A DNA stretch of 45,257 nt from Aquiluna sp. (GCA_038123155.1 JAYORB010000001.1:1-45257), one strand, 5' to 3'; positions 28,960 through 39,115 are shown, numbered from the stretch's first letter. The notes: a model not told the origin generated them from the sequence alone. Translations and numbers: made by a program.

Positions 28960-29468
28960 TTGGTTTTCTTTGAGCGCTTTGGCTTATTTAGCTCCTCGAG
29001 GAGCTCTGCCATTGCCTGCCTGACCTCGTCGCGAACATGGTCTCTGGTCGCCACCTCTTCAATCGCCAGACGAAGCGCTGCAACCTCACGAGCTAGGTAT
29101 TCGGTATCTGCAAGGTTCTGCTCGGCTCTCTGGCGATCCTGCTCAAATTTGACCCGGTCCCGATCGTCCTGCCGGTTCTGAGCCAACAGAATCAGCGGAG
29201 CAGCATACGAGGCCTGGAGAGACAAAATCAGTGTCAAAAGCGTGAAGTTCAGCGCCCTGGGGTCAAACTGGGCTCCGGTGGGAGCCAGGGTATTCCAAGT
29301 CAGCCAGAGCGCTACGAAGACCGTCATCGCGATCAGGAAAGCTCCGGTTCCCATTGCACGGGCAAACCGCTCCGAGATCCGACCTACCGTCTCTTGGCTC
29401 AGATACGGCATACGGAAGAGACTGCGCCTGCCTAGAGGTCGCTCTAGCTGAGATTGGTTTCTAGCCAT
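28956..29468 (-). CDS. DUF1003 membrane protein
   Basis: FDP...F.LLTL.LSLQASYAAPLILLAQNRQ. Confidence 0.9.
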   Translation of the reverse strand: MARNQSQLERPLGRRSLFRMPYLSQETVGRISERFARAMGTGAFLIAMTVFVALWLTWNTLAPTGAQFDPRALNFTLLTLILSLQASYAAPLILLAQNRQDDRDRVKFEQDRQRAEQNLADTEYLAREVAALRLAIEEVATRDHVRDEVRQAMAELLEELNKPKRSKKTK

Positions 29469-30706
29469 TAGCTCTCCTCCTCACTTCTCCAGTCATCCGG
29501 AAGCAGATGATCGAGGACGTCGTCCACCGTTACCGCGCCAATGAGGTGGCGCTCGGAATCAATTACTGGCAGTGCCACAAGGTCATAAGTTGCAAGGTCA
29601 CGGTGAATCTGTCCGATCGGTGTGTGGGCATCGATTGGCTCTTGCTCGCTATCCAGAAGGGTTCCTAGACGCTCGCTCGGCGGGTAACGCAGCAGTTTCT
29701 GGAAGTGCACCACACCTAGGTATCTGCCGGCAGGAGTCTCGTACGGTGGCATGGTCACAAATACCTGTGCTGCGAGAACCGGCTCCACCTCTCTCCTGCG
29801 GATCAAAGCCAAGGCCTCGGCAACGGTCGTGTCAGCAGCGCAAATGATCGGCTCCGGAGTCATCAGACCACCAGCTGTATAGGGTTCATATTTGAGCAGC
29901 TGACGGATATCCTCAGCCTCCTCATCGTCCATGAGACCAAGCAGAGCCTCTGCCCGCTCTGAGCTCAAATTGGCCATAAGGTCGGCAGCATCGTCCGGTC
30001 CCATTAGATCCAGCACCTCAGCGGCTCGCTCATCTTCAAGGTCGTTGATGATTTCCAGCTGCTCGTCTTCCGGGAGCTCTTCAAGCAGATCAGCAAGACG
30101 CTCGTCATCGAGCTCCTCGGCAAGAGCCAACATCCGATCCTCGGGAAGGTCCAAAACCGCGGTTGCAAGGTCTGCTGGCCTAAGGTCTGCAACCGCGCTC
30201 AACAGCTGCTGGGCATCCTGATCTTGGGGGTCCTCTTGGTTTTCCGAGACGTCTTGCCAGAGCACGAACTCAGTTGGTCCCTTTGCGAAGGGGAGTGCCG
30301 TGGACTTGGGTCTTCTTACAAAGAGCTCAGTCTGAATCCACTCTCCGCGCTTGTTCTTTTCGATTGCGAAGTCTTCGATTGTTGCGATCTTCTTGTCGGC
30401 CAGAAGCGTCACTTTGCGACCGAGGATCTCTGCGATTGCCCTGACCTCTTGCCCACGCTGGGAGAACCTTCTGAGATCAATCAAACCGTTGGTGATGACC
30501 TGACCCGGCGCAATGGCTGTGACTCGGGTAATGGGGAGGAAGACTCTCCTGCGGCCTGAAATCTCAATGATGAAGCCGGTTGCCCTGGGGGCAACCGTCT
30601 TTCGATAGGCCATCAGGACATCGACCACCTTACCCACTCGATCGCCCTGGGGGTCAAAGACCCCGCAGCCCACGAGGCGAGCCACAAAGACCCTTGTTGC
30701 GCTCAT
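29468..30706 (-). CDS. MgtE N-terminal + CBS domain protein (no TM domain)
   Basis: PRC-barrel-like N-terminus, acidic MgtE_N helical repeats, TAGGLMT, C-terminal GAVTVDD CBS pair. Confidence 0.88.
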   Translation of the reverse strand: MSATRVFVARLVGCGVFDPQGDRVGKVVDVLMAYRKTVAPRATGFIIEISGRRRVFLPITRVTAIAPGQVITNGLIDLRRFSQRGQEVRAIAEILGRKVTLLADKKIATIEDFAIEKNKRGEWIQTELFVRRPKSTALPFAKGPTEFVLWQDVSENQEDPQDQDAQQLLSAVADLRPADLATAVLDLPEDRMLALAEELDDERLADLLEELPEDEQLEIINDLEDERAAEVLDLMGPDDAADLMANLSSERAEALLGLMDDEEAEDIRQLLKYEPYTAGGLMTPEPIICAADTTVAEALALIRRREVEPVLAAQVFVTMPPYETPAGRYLGVVHFQKLLRYPPSERLGTLLDSEQEPIDAHTPIGQIHRDLATYDLVALPVIDSERHLIGAVTVDDVLDHLLPDDWRSEEES

Positions 30707-30751
30707 AGAGATACCTCGCTAGCCGCTTCGAATTCGTGAAACAATTTGAAC

Positions 30752-31258
30752 ATGTCCGAAGCCAAGAACAACTCTAGAAGCAAACAGGTTGGGCCCACAG
30801 TCCCTAAGGGACACGTTCTCGGCGAATTTACCAACTATCAAGAGGCATCTGCAATGGTGGACAAGCTATTGCAGGGAGATTTCAAAGCAACGGATGTCTC
30901 AATCGTCGGCCACGATCCAGTGCTTGTGGAGAGAGTTCGAAGCCGCCTCGGCTATGGCCGGGTTGCCGCCTCGGGAGCACTCACGGGCTTTTGGATCGGC
31001 CTCATTTTTGCGCTTCTGATTGGTGCAGGGGTAACGGTGATGCCGGACGGTGGTATCTCTTATAACCCTCAGGAGTTTGCGGCGGTATTGGTAATCAGCG
31101 CAGGCTTTGGAATGCTTTTCAACATTGTCCGCTTCAGCGTCTCAAAGAATCGCAGGGCTTTTGTCTCCCAGCAGGCACCTGTTGCAACCAGGTATCAGGT
31201 GATTGTTCCCGAGGCGCAGGCTGGTCTTGCCCACAAGGCTCTAGCCGGCAACGGCTAA
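30752..31258 (+). CDS. General stress protein (YflT-like), 2 TM
   Basis: Y.EA...VD.L....F....VSIVG.D...VERV; two hydrophobic segments; ATG 30752 preferred over TTG 30746. Confidence 0.75.
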   Translation: MSEAKNNSRSKQVGPTVPKGHVLGEFTNYQEASAMVDKLLQGDFKATDVSIVGHDPVLVERVRSRLGYGRVAASGALTGFWIGLIFALLIGAGVTVMPDGGISYNPQEFAAVLVISAGFGMLFNIVRFSVSKNRRAFVSQQAPVATRYQVIVPEAQAGLAHKALAGNG

Positions 31259-32638
31259 CTGGTTATCAGCAAACCAACGCTCAATCTCTTCGGGGCGCCG
31301 TGGTAGTCCCGCACTGAGGTTTTCGCAGCCACTCTCGGTGACTAGAACGTTGTCTTCAATTCTCACGCCGATTCCGCGGTAGCTCTCGGGTACGGTGAGG
31401 TCGTTTGCGTGGAAATAGAGACCAGGCTCGATCGTGAACACCATTCCTGGTTCCAAGATGCCGTCCTGGTAGTGCTCCCTTCTCGCCTGGGCACAGTCGT
31501 GAACATCTATCCCTAGGTGATGGCTGGTTCCGTGAACCATGTAGCGCCGATGGTGCTGGTTTTCTTCCTTCAGAGCCTCTTGCGCTGTCACGGGTATCAG
31601 GCCCAGTTCAGCGACTCGACGAGCAATGACTGCGATTGCGGCGTTGTGAACCTCTCGGAACCTGATTCCTGGTTTGACAACTGAAAACGCGGCATCAGCT
31701 GCCTCTAAAACGGTGTCGTAGACCCAACGCTGCTCCTTGGTGAATTTGCCGGACACCGGGATAGTGCGAGTGATATCTGCGGTGTAAAGGCTGTCGAGCT
31801 CGACCCCGGCATCCACAAGTATCAGATCGCCGTTTTTGACCTCACCGTCGTTTTTGGTCCAGTGCAAAATACACGCATGGGGCCCTGAAGCAGCGATTGT
31901 TTCGTAGCCAATGTCATAACCCTCTTGTCGAGCCCTGGAGAAGAATGCGGTTTCAACAACCCGCTCGCCCCTAGACTTTCTTGAGGCAACCGGCAGCGAT
32001 GCCGCAACATCTGAGAACCCGGCAATAGTTATCTCGACGGCCTTACGCATCTGCGAAATCTCCCACTCGTCTTTTACAAAGCGCATTTCGGACAGGGTTG
32101 TCGCAAGTTTCTTGTTCTTTTGCGTGATGGGCTTTGGAAGTGTTTCGAGGTGCTTATCGAGCTTCTTGATGTCTGCGGTCTTGATTCCCAGCTGAGTCTC
32201 TACCTGAGCGAGCGTCGGCCTGGGTCCGACCCAGAATTCTCCAATTGCGGGGTTTGCAAAGAACTCGTCTGAGTTCTTGCCCGCTGTCGGCATCAAAAAA
32301 AGCTTTTCTTTGTGGGTCTTGGTCCTGGCATCAATCACCAGCACCGCACCGGGGACCGTCGCGCTACCCCATCCGGTGAGATGCGTAAAGGCACTATCTG
32401 GACGATAGCGGTAGTCGGTGTCATTGGCCCTTATGCGCGGCTTTCCAGCCTCAATCAAGAGAATCTTCCCCGGGAAGTGCTTTGCGAGCTCAGCCCTTCT
32501 CCTTGCGGCATAGTCAGCTACTGACCATCTCTTGATTTCCTGACCCTCGAGCTCACCCCATTGCGAACCAATGAAGTCCATGAACTTCTTGCTCTGAGGC
32601 GTGCGAGATCGATTGCTGGCGTTCTTAGATTTACCCAT
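31241..32638 (-). CDS. pepP: Xaa-Pro aminopeptidase (M24B); start reassigned to ATG 32638
   Basis: LHW, VDAG..LYTADITRT, HGTSHHLG.DVHD, TIEPG, GVRIED. Confidence 0.92.
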   Translation of the reverse strand: MGKSKNASNRSRTPQSKKFMDFIGSQWGELEGQEIKRWSVADYAARRRAELAKHFPGKILLIEAGKPRIRANDTDYRYRPDSAFTHLTGWGSATVPGAVLVIDARTKTHKEKLFLMPTAGKNSDEFFANPAIGEFWVGPRPTLAQVETQLGIKTADIKKLDKHLETLPKPITQKNKKLATTLSEMRFVKDEWEISQMRKAVEITIAGFSDVAASLPVASRKSRGERVVETAFFSRARQEGYDIGYETIAASGPHACILHWTKNDGEVKNGDLILVDAGVELDSLYTADITRTIPVSGKFTKEQRWVYDTVLEAADAAFSVVKPGIRFREVHNAAIAVIARRVAELGLIPVTAQEALKEENQHHRRYMVHGTSHHLGIDVHDCAQARREHYQDGILEPGMVFTIEPGLYFHANDLTVPESYRGIGVRIEDNVLVTESGCENLSAGLPRRPEEIERWFADNQLAVAG

Positions 32639-32655
32639 GCGACTATTCTGCTCCT

Positions 32656-33525
32656 GTGATCGACCTTCATACGCACTCAACCAGATCCGATGGGATTGAC
32701 ACTCCCACGGAACTGGTGGAAAAAGCCAAACAAGCTGGCATCACGGTCTTGGCAATCACCGATCACGACACCACATCGGGCTGGGACGAGGCTATTCAGG
32801 CTGCCCGAAGAGTTGGCATCGGGTTACTACCAGGCATAGAGGTCTCCACCAGAAGTGAGATTGCAGAGGGAAGAAGAATCTCTGTCCACATACTCGCTTA
32901 CCTCCCAAATCCTGAACACCCAGAGTTGATTTCGGAGCTAGCCAAGACCCGCGAGTCACGGGTGAACCGGGCTCGTGAGATGGTCGAGAGGCTTTCGAAA
33001 GACTATGAAATCTCCTGGGCCGACATTGAGGCCCAAATTGAGCCAGGGGCAACCGTGGGGCGGCCCGCCATCGCGGATGCCTTGGTCGAGCTTGGAATCG
33101 TGCCGACGAGATCGGATGCCTTTACCTCGATCCTGCACCGAACGAGTCCCTACTATGTCTCGGATCACTCGCTAGACACTGCGGAGGCAATTGGCCTAAT
33201 CAGGCGAGCCGGTGGAGTTTCAGTGATGGCGCACCCTTTGATTGACTTCCCAGCGGGTGCCTCGGAACTAGATCTGCCGACAGAGCACTTCGAGCGCTTG
33301 ATTGCAGCTGGGCTCGACGGAGTTGAGGTCAGGCATCGCTCAGTCCCAGACTTCGCTCGCAGGTGGCTGACTACCCTGGCGCAGAAGCACAACCTAATTC
33401 AGACTGGCTCCTCCGATTACCACGGACTTGGCGCCAAGGAAAACCTGCTGGGGGAGAACACGACGGACCCTGAGATGCTGGAGCGAATCGTAAATCAGGC
33501 GGAGGGCTTTGAGGCTCCCTTGTAG
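32656..33525 (+). CDS. PHP-domain phosphoesterase (TrpH/YciV-like)
   Basis: DLHTHS..SDG, TDHD, GRP, AHP, GSSDYHG. Confidence 0.92.
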   Translation: MIDLHTHSTRSDGIDTPTELVEKAKQAGITVLAITDHDTTSGWDEAIQAARRVGIGLLPGIEVSTRSEIAEGRRISVHILAYLPNPEHPELISELAKTRESRVNRAREMVERLSKDYEISWADIEAQIEPGATVGRPAIADALVELGIVPTRSDAFTSILHRTSPYYVSDHSLDTAEAIGLIRRAGGVSVMAHPLIDFPAGASELDLPTEHFERLIAAGLDGVEVRHRSVPDFARRWLTTLAQKHNLIQTGSSDYHGLGAKENLLGENTTDPEMLERIVNQAEGFEAPL

Positions 33526-34823
33526 TTTCTGCGGCGCTCGCGGTTTCTCTTCGGCTGCTGCTTTTCCTGTTGCCTATCCTGATGCCGCGGCCTAGAACCC
33601 CGCTTTTCCTGCTGGGGTTTCTCAGTTGGCTTTGCACTCGTGGGTCGCAATCTTCCCTTGGTTCCTGCGGGAATACCGAGGTCCTCAAAAAGGTGAGCTG
33701 ATGAAGAGTAAGTCTCAACGGGTTCTGGCATACCCAGTTCAAGCTCACGGTCGATGTGGGTCCAGCGAGCAAGATCTGCCCAGTCAACAAAGGTGACGGC
33801 AACTCCCAGCTTTCCCGCCCTACCCGTGCGACCGGTGCGGTGGAGATAGGCCTTCTCATCCTCCGGCACCGAGTAGTTGATCACGTGGGTGACATCGTCA
33901 ACATCAATGCCTCGAGCAGCTACCTCTGTAGCGACCAAGACATCCTTCTTTCCAGAGCGGAATGCGGCCATTGATCGCTCTCTAGCAACCTGGGCCATGT
34001 CGCCATGGAGGGGAGCTGCATTGAAGCCTCTGTCGATCAGCTCCTCAGAGAGCTTTGCGCTGAGTCGCTTAGTTCGAACAAAGATCACTGTCTTTCCTCG
34101 GCCCTCTGCCTGGAGAATCCTGCCAAGGACCTCATCTTTATCCAGTGCATGTGCACGGTAAATGACCTGTTTGATGTCGGCCTTGGTCTTTCCCTGGTCC
34201 GGGTCGCTAGCACGAATGTGAATCGGCTTGTTTTGGTAACGGCGAGCCAGGGAGAGAATCTGTGCGGGCATGGTTGCAGAAAAGAGGAGGGTCTGGCGCT
34301 CAGGAGGCAACAGACCAAACATCTTCTCGATGTCTGGCAGGAATCCAAGGTCGAGCATTTCGTCGGCCTCATCCAAGACTAGATAGGTAATGGCCGAGAG
34401 GTCGATTAGCTTCTGCTTGTGGAGGTCAAGAAGACGACCTGGCGTTCCGACGACCACATCGGCACCCTTGCCCAACTCCTCAATCTGACTCTCGTATGAC
34501 TTACCGCCGTAGATTTCGACAATCCTTGTGGTTCGGTTCTTCGACGCGAGCCGCAAGTCTTCTGCTACCTGAAGGGCGAGTTCTCTGGTGGGAACGACCA
34601 CTAGGCCCCTAGCAAGGTGCTGAGGGTTTGGACCTAGTAGTTGCAACATGGGTAGTCCAAAGCCGAAGGTCTTACCCGTTCCGGTCTTCGCCTGACCAAT
34701 CATGTCCACGCCAGATAACGCCAGCGGAATAGCTTGTTGCTGAATCGGGAATGGCTGTGTGATGGATTTGGAATCTAACGCGTCACAGATGTCTTCATCT
34801 ATGCCTAAGTTTCTAAAGTTCAA
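33495..34823 (-). CDS. DEAD-box RNA helicase; TTG start
   Basis: Q motif, AKTGTGKT, PTREL, TPGRL, DEAD, SAT, ARGID, HRTGRTGR; GGAG RBS. Confidence 0.96.
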   Translation of the reverse strand: MNFRNLGIDEDICDALDSKSITQPFPIQQQAIPLALSGVDMIGQAKTGTGKTFGFGLPMLQLLGPNPQHLARGLVVVPTRELALQVAEDLRLASKNRTTRIVEIYGGKSYESQIEELGKGADVVVGTPGRLLDLHKQKLIDLSAITYLVLDEADEMLDLGFLPDIEKMFGLLPPERQTLLFSATMPAQILSLARRYQNKPIHIRASDPDQGKTKADIKQVIYRAHALDKDEVLGRILQAEGRGKTVIFVRTKRLSAKLSEELIDRGFNAAPLHGDMAQVARERSMAAFRSGKKDVLVATEVAARGIDVDDVTHVINYSVPEDEKAYLHRTGRTGRAGKLGVAVTFVDWADLARWTHIDRELELGMPEPVETYSSSAHLFEDLGIPAGTKGRLRPTSAKPTEKPQQEKRGSRPRHQDRQQEKQQPKRNRERRRNYKGASKPSA

Positions 34824-34889
34824 GTACTTCTCCAGTATGTAATGACCGCATCTCAGTCTTGAGAATGGCTACGCCTATAAACTTGCTGC

Positions 34890-35645
34890 ATGCTGGATTG
34901 GATTCGACGGATCAGGAAGGTCTCTCAGACCCTAACCCTGCCCTCTCGCGATGCCTCAGCGGGCCGCAGTCAGACCCAGCTTAACCCAGCCAAGCTGATT
35001 CCCGCTACAGAAGTCTTCTTTTCTCAACTTAGCCAGCAGCACTACTTGATTGCAGATCTGCTCTCGGATGACTCCAAAGACTCTCCTAGTGAGGGATTCG
35101 CAGAGCGTCAGCGAGAGATCGCCTCTTCCTATTCCGATCGCGGCAAAGAGCTCGAGGATCAACTTCTAAAGCTTGGAAGCTCATTCATGGAGCTTCAACA
35201 GGACATGCGAGATCGACTGGATGCCCTTGTTGAGAGAACTGAGGGCTATGGCTGGCACGAAGACCTCATGCGCATCTACATCGTCTTCGGCCTCTTGGAG
35301 GATTGTCAGCTGCGGGTGGCAAAGGGGTTGCAGCCTGCCAAGCGGGTGCGGGTGGAGGCAATGCTCTCGGACAACTCGCTCATGGACTTCTGCGAGCAGG
35401 CCCTTTCCCGCTCAATCGCCGATAACCCCCAACTTGCAAACGAGCTCGCCCTCTTCGGAAGGGCAATAGTCGCAGACGCGCTGCTTGAGGTGAGGGATAT
35501 GGTCAGCTTCGAAAGCTTCAAGCTAAGTAGCTCTGGTGATCAGGCCAGCGTCACTCGGGAAAAGTTCAAGGTTTTAGAGCCGCTGACATCAGAGCTGATT
35601 GCTCAGCACACGCTCCGGATGGATGCGCTCGGCCTTACCGCCTAG
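34890..35645 (+). CDS. Ferritin-like fold (MiaE_2-like) protein
   Basis: All-helical; W.E.L...YI..GLLED, LAL.GR...DAL, H..RMDALGLTA C-terminus; usual position between the DEAD helicase and DUF3107. Confidence 0.7.
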   Translation: MLDWIRRIRKVSQTLTLPSRDASAGRSQTQLNPAKLIPATEVFFSQLSQQHYLIADLLSDDSKDSPSEGFAERQREIASSYSDRGKELEDQLLKLGSSFMELQQDMRDRLDALVERTEGYGWHEDLMRIYIVFGLLEDCQLRVAKGLQPAKRVRVEAMLSDNSLMDFCEQALSRSIADNPQLANELALFGRAIVADALLEVRDMVSFESFKLSSSGDQASVTREKFKVLEPLTSELIAQHTLRMDALGLTA

Positions 35646-35934
35646 CCGCACTCCTTATTGCCGCCAGCTCCGCCTCTTCCTTTGTCTTCCGGGAGGCTTC
35701 AAGAGCACGAGTTCCAAACCACGCCGCGACAGGCATTGAAAGCATCACGATAAACCAGATCCAAGCCTGGTCGTATTGGAATCCAAGCCAAGTCAGAATC
35801 AGCCAGGCAGCCGCGCCAGATACAAGCGAAATTCCAGCGGGCACGAGCTTCCCGTAGTGCTCACTGGGAGGAAATACAAATGGAGCAACCAAAGCCAGGA
35901 TGGCTGCATAGGCAACTACGACAAGTATCTCCAT
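35635..35934 (-). CDS. Small 3-TM membrane protein
   Basis: Three hydrophobic segments; 1-nt overlap with the DUF3107 stop. Confidence 0.7.
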   Translation of the reverse strand: MEILVVVAYAAILALVAPFVFPPSEHYGKLVPAGISLVSGAAAWLILTWLGFQYDQAWIWFIVMLSMPVAAWFGTRALEASRKTKEEAELAAIRSAARR

Positions 35935-36152
35935 TAGGCGATGAAACCAACCCTTCTGCCTTCCTCGGCACCGATTTCAACGTAGGCAATGCTTGCGGAC
36001 GGAACCATGATCAGTTTGCCCTTGTTGTCAGTCACCTTCAGCACGGAACTGCCAAGGGCCTCCTCAATAAGCGCAGACAACGACTTTGCGTCCTGGTCTG
36101 ATTCGAAGGTCAGGTCTCGACCGTTTTCCTTGATTCCGATTCTTACTTCCAC
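35934..36152 (-). CDS. DUF3107 family protein
   Basis: MEVRIGI....R.L, D.KG...VP...IAYVEIG....RRVGF; AGGAG RBS. Confidence 0.9.
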   Translation of the reverse strand: MEVRIGIKENGRDLTFESDQDAKSLSALIEEALGSSVLKVTDNKGKLIMVPSASIAYVEIGAEEGRRVGFIA

Positions 36153-36223
36153 GCTTCTCCTAAGAACTCTGGCCTCTAGGTTACGACAACAAAAATGTCA
36201 CCTGAGCCAATTAGGTTGTTCCC

Positions 36224-39115
36224 ATGGAAAGCCCTTCTCCTTTTGTGCTCGCGGAGAGTATGCCGCTGCGGGCCCCAAAGGCAGTTGAAGACTTTGAACC
36301 TTCTGGTTCCGCTGTAATCATTGGGGCGCCACTAACTGGAAAGACCACTGCGCTTCGGCATTTTGTTGCCCGATTAGAAAAGTCGGGGACTAAAGCGGAG
36401 GAGATTTTGGTAATCACCCCGTCCAGACTTGCCGCTGCAATACTCCGCGACCAAATCGCTCTTGATTCGACCCAGGCAAGCGCCGCTCCGAGGGCTCGCT
36501 CAATTTCTTCGGTGGCATTTGAGATTCTTGGTGGACGAGGTCCGATTCGTCTTCTGTCGGGAGCCCACCAGCAGATGCTCCTGCAGCGCTTGGCAGGTGA
36601 GCACCTGGTCACCGGGAAGGCCGCTGAATGGGGGCTGAGTAAAGAGAGCGTTGAACTAGCCGGCTTCATCCAGGAGCTCCGCGATCTGTTGGCGGTAATT
36701 ATCGAGAACGGCTTGAGCGTCGAGCACCTCAAGAACCTCCATGCCAAATACCCCAAGCTGAGGCTGGGGCCGGCAATCGACCTCCTTGAAAGCTACAGGG
36801 AGGAACTGGGGTTGCAGGGGTTGGTTGATAGCTCGCAGCTTGCCATTGCTGCCGCAAGTGAAGACTTGACCAAGATGCCGCACCGCTTCGTTTTTGTTGA
36901 CGATGCGCAGAATCTCTCTACCGGACAGCTGAGGCTCGTTGAGGCATTAGCTGCCGACAGAAAGCTCTTCCTTTTCGGCGATCCAGATGCGGCGACGCTT
37001 GGATTTAGAAACTCGTCCAGCGCTGCATTTTTGGAGCTTGCAACCAAGGTCGACGCTAGCCAGTTGGAGCTGGAAGAGTCAGAGTCAGGAAGCTGTGCGA
37101 GGAACTTACTCGCATCGCTGGTGTCCAGAATTCCAGCCACCGGACCAATTGGCCACAGGCCAAAGGCTTCGGAGCAAGCTGACAAAGTGGTGGCAAATCG
37201 TTTTGACAACATCCTGGCAGAGACCGACTATCTAGCTGCCGAGCTGAGGCGTTCGAGGCTGATTCGAGGCATTGAGTGGGACCAAATGCTCGTGGTCGGC
37301 CGCACTAGGACCCAGCTGGAGCAGCTTGCGAGAGAGCTGAGCTCAAGAGGTGTGCCGACAAGAATCCAGGGTGTGCAGCGCCCGCTGCGGGACCAGAGCA
37401 TGGCTAGGGCCCTCCTAACATTCATCGAGATCGCACTTGCAAAGCCGCAGAGCAAGCAGATTCTGGAACTTCTGGAGTCACCGCTTATTGGGCTAGATGC
37501 TCTGACCCTGCGGAGAATGCTGAGGCAACTGGCGATGCTTGAGGGTTTTTACGGCCTTACTCGTTCCCAGCAGTTGGAAAAGGCATTCTCTGAAAACATC
37601 GAGATTGAGAGGCTGCCTGGCCGGCTTGCAGATCTGGCCGCCGCAATCAGCCAAGTGAGAAAAATTGCTAACCCCTCGGCCCATGAGGTGGTGACAATCG
37701 GTTTTGGCCTGGCAGATCCTCGGCTGGCCGAGCTGGCTAGGGGCTTCGGCCCTGCAGCCTTGGCGGCCAATAGAAATCTCGATTCAGCGCTTGAGCTTTT
37801 TGCCGCCGCCCAGCGTTGGGATGAGAGAGAGATGGGGGAGCCGCTGGAATTCGCCGAGCTTCAGCTTGAACTGGGTATTCCTGAGGATTCCCTCGCACCA
37901 ATAGGAACAAAACCTGCCGTGGTGCTTGCCACTCCGGCCCAGATATCTCGAAGCTACAAACTGGTGGCACTACCGAGACTGCAGGAGGGAATCTGGCCCA
38001 ATCTCACACCAAGAAACTCACTGCTTGGTGCGACCTCGCTGCAATCATTCCTTATTGGTCGGCAGGATAATCCCGAGAGTCCAGCGAGGAGCGAGCTGGC
38101 TGATGAACTTCGGATGTTTTACCGCTCCTGCGGCAGCGGAACAGAGCTTCTACTACTGAGTGCAATTTCAGATGAGACAGAGCAGCCAAGCCAGTTCTTT
38201 CAGATGGCGAGGCTGGAGCTTACGGCTAACCAGAAAAACATCGATTTCGATCTGAGGCGAGTGGTGGGGAGACTTCGTCGGAGGCTCTTAAGAGGGGACA
38301 AAAGCGCCGCTCCAACCCTCGCTGCGATGGCACTGGCAGGTGTTCCGGGTGCTCATCCAGATTCTTGGCAGGGCCTCATTTCTCAAAGCGTCGAGGGCGG
38401 TTTGGATGTCTCGAAACTGAGAGTAAGCGCCTCTAAATTCGAGGAATTCGAGAAATGCCCACTGCACTGGTTTATCTCTAACTTTGGCGGCGACCAGGGT
38501 GGTTTTCAAGCCTCGGTCGGGACTCTGTTGCACTCAGCCCTTGAGGCAGCATCCTTGGGGACTTCTCCGAGCGAGTACCTGGAGAGCAGCTGGCACACCA
38601 TGGAGTTCGAGTCCGAGTGGCAGGAAAACAAGTCTCGCCGGCAGGCCTTTCAAATGGCGGGTTTGATAGCTGAGTACTTGGCATCATCAGCTGAGCTCGT
38701 AGCAGCAGAGAAAGGCTTTCGAATCAAGCTCGGCTCTTTGCAGGTCACCGGGAGGATCGACCGTATTGAACGCGGAGCAGATGGTTTGGAGGCTGTCGAT
38801 CTAAAAACTGGCAAGCGGCTTCCCAAGGAAGCTCAGATGCCCTCCCACAGGCAGCTCGGCATTTATCAGTTAGCAATTGAATCTATGTTTGAAGAGCCAT
38901 CTGCCGGGGGAAGACTCGTATCGGTCGGTTCCAAGAACCTAAAAACCCTCTCCCAGCCCGCACTTACCGACGAGCTACGCCTGGAGCTATGCGAACTCGC
39001 CGGGCAGATGCACCTGCAGCTGGAGAGCGGCGAGTTTAGCGCCAGAATTGACGAGCACTGCGGGAAGGACGGTAGCTGTCAGCTACTGATCGGTCGGGTG
39101 ATTACAGGTGGCTAA
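36224..39115 (+). CDS. adnA: AdnA-like UvrD helicase-PD-(D/E)xK nuclease subunit
   Basis: GAPLTGKT, VDDAQ, FGDPD, LQEGIWP, C-terminal RecB-like nuclease (GRIDRIE...DLKTG...QLGIYQ); paired with adnB. Confidence 0.82.
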   Translation: MESPSPFVLAESMPLRAPKAVEDFEPSGSAVIIGAPLTGKTTALRHFVARLEKSGTKAEEILVITPSRLAAAILRDQIALDSTQASAAPRARSISSVAFEILGGRGPIRLLSGAHQQMLLQRLAGEHLVTGKAAEWGLSKESVELAGFIQELRDLLAVIIENGLSVEHLKNLHAKYPKLRLGPAIDLLESYREELGLQGLVDSSQLAIAAASEDLTKMPHRFVFVDDAQNLSTGQLRLVEALAADRKLFLFGDPDAATLGFRNSSSAAFLELATKVDASQLELEESESGSCARNLLASLVSRIPATGPIGHRPKASEQADKVVANRFDNILAETDYLAAELRRSRLIRGIEWDQMLVVGRTRTQLEQLARELSSRGVPTRIQGVQRPLRDQSMARALLTFIEIALAKPQSKQILELLESPLIGLDALTLRRMLRQLAMLEGFYGLTRSQQLEKAFSENIEIERLPGRLADLAAAISQVRKIANPSAHEVVTIGFGLADPRLAELARGFGPAALAANRNLDSALELFAAAQRWDEREMGEPLEFAELQLELGIPEDSLAPIGTKPAVVLATPAQISRSYKLVALPRLQEGIWPNLTPRNSLLGATSLQSFLIGRQDNPESPARSELADELRMFYRSCGSGTELLLLSAISDETEQPSQFFQMARLELTANQKNIDFDLRRVVGRLRRRLLRGDKSAAPTLAAMALAGVPGAHPDSWQGLISQSVEGGLDVSKLRVSASKFEEFEKCPLHWFISNFGGDQGGFQASVGTLLHSALEAASLGTSPSEYLESSWHTMEFESEWQENKSRRQAFQMAGLIAEYLASSAELVAAEKGFRIKLGSLQVTGRIDRIERGADGLEAVDLKTGKRLPKEAQMPSHRQLGIYQLAIESMFEEPSAGGRLVSVGSKNLKTLSQPALTDELRLELCELAGQMHLQLESGEFSARIDEHCGKDGSCQLLIGRVITGG

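Noticed and set aside
34851-34864. Short inverted repeat TCTCA-GTCT-TGAGA between the DEAD helicase and ferritin-like genes
   Set aside because: Only a 5-bp arm with no second copy at matching spacing; could be chance.
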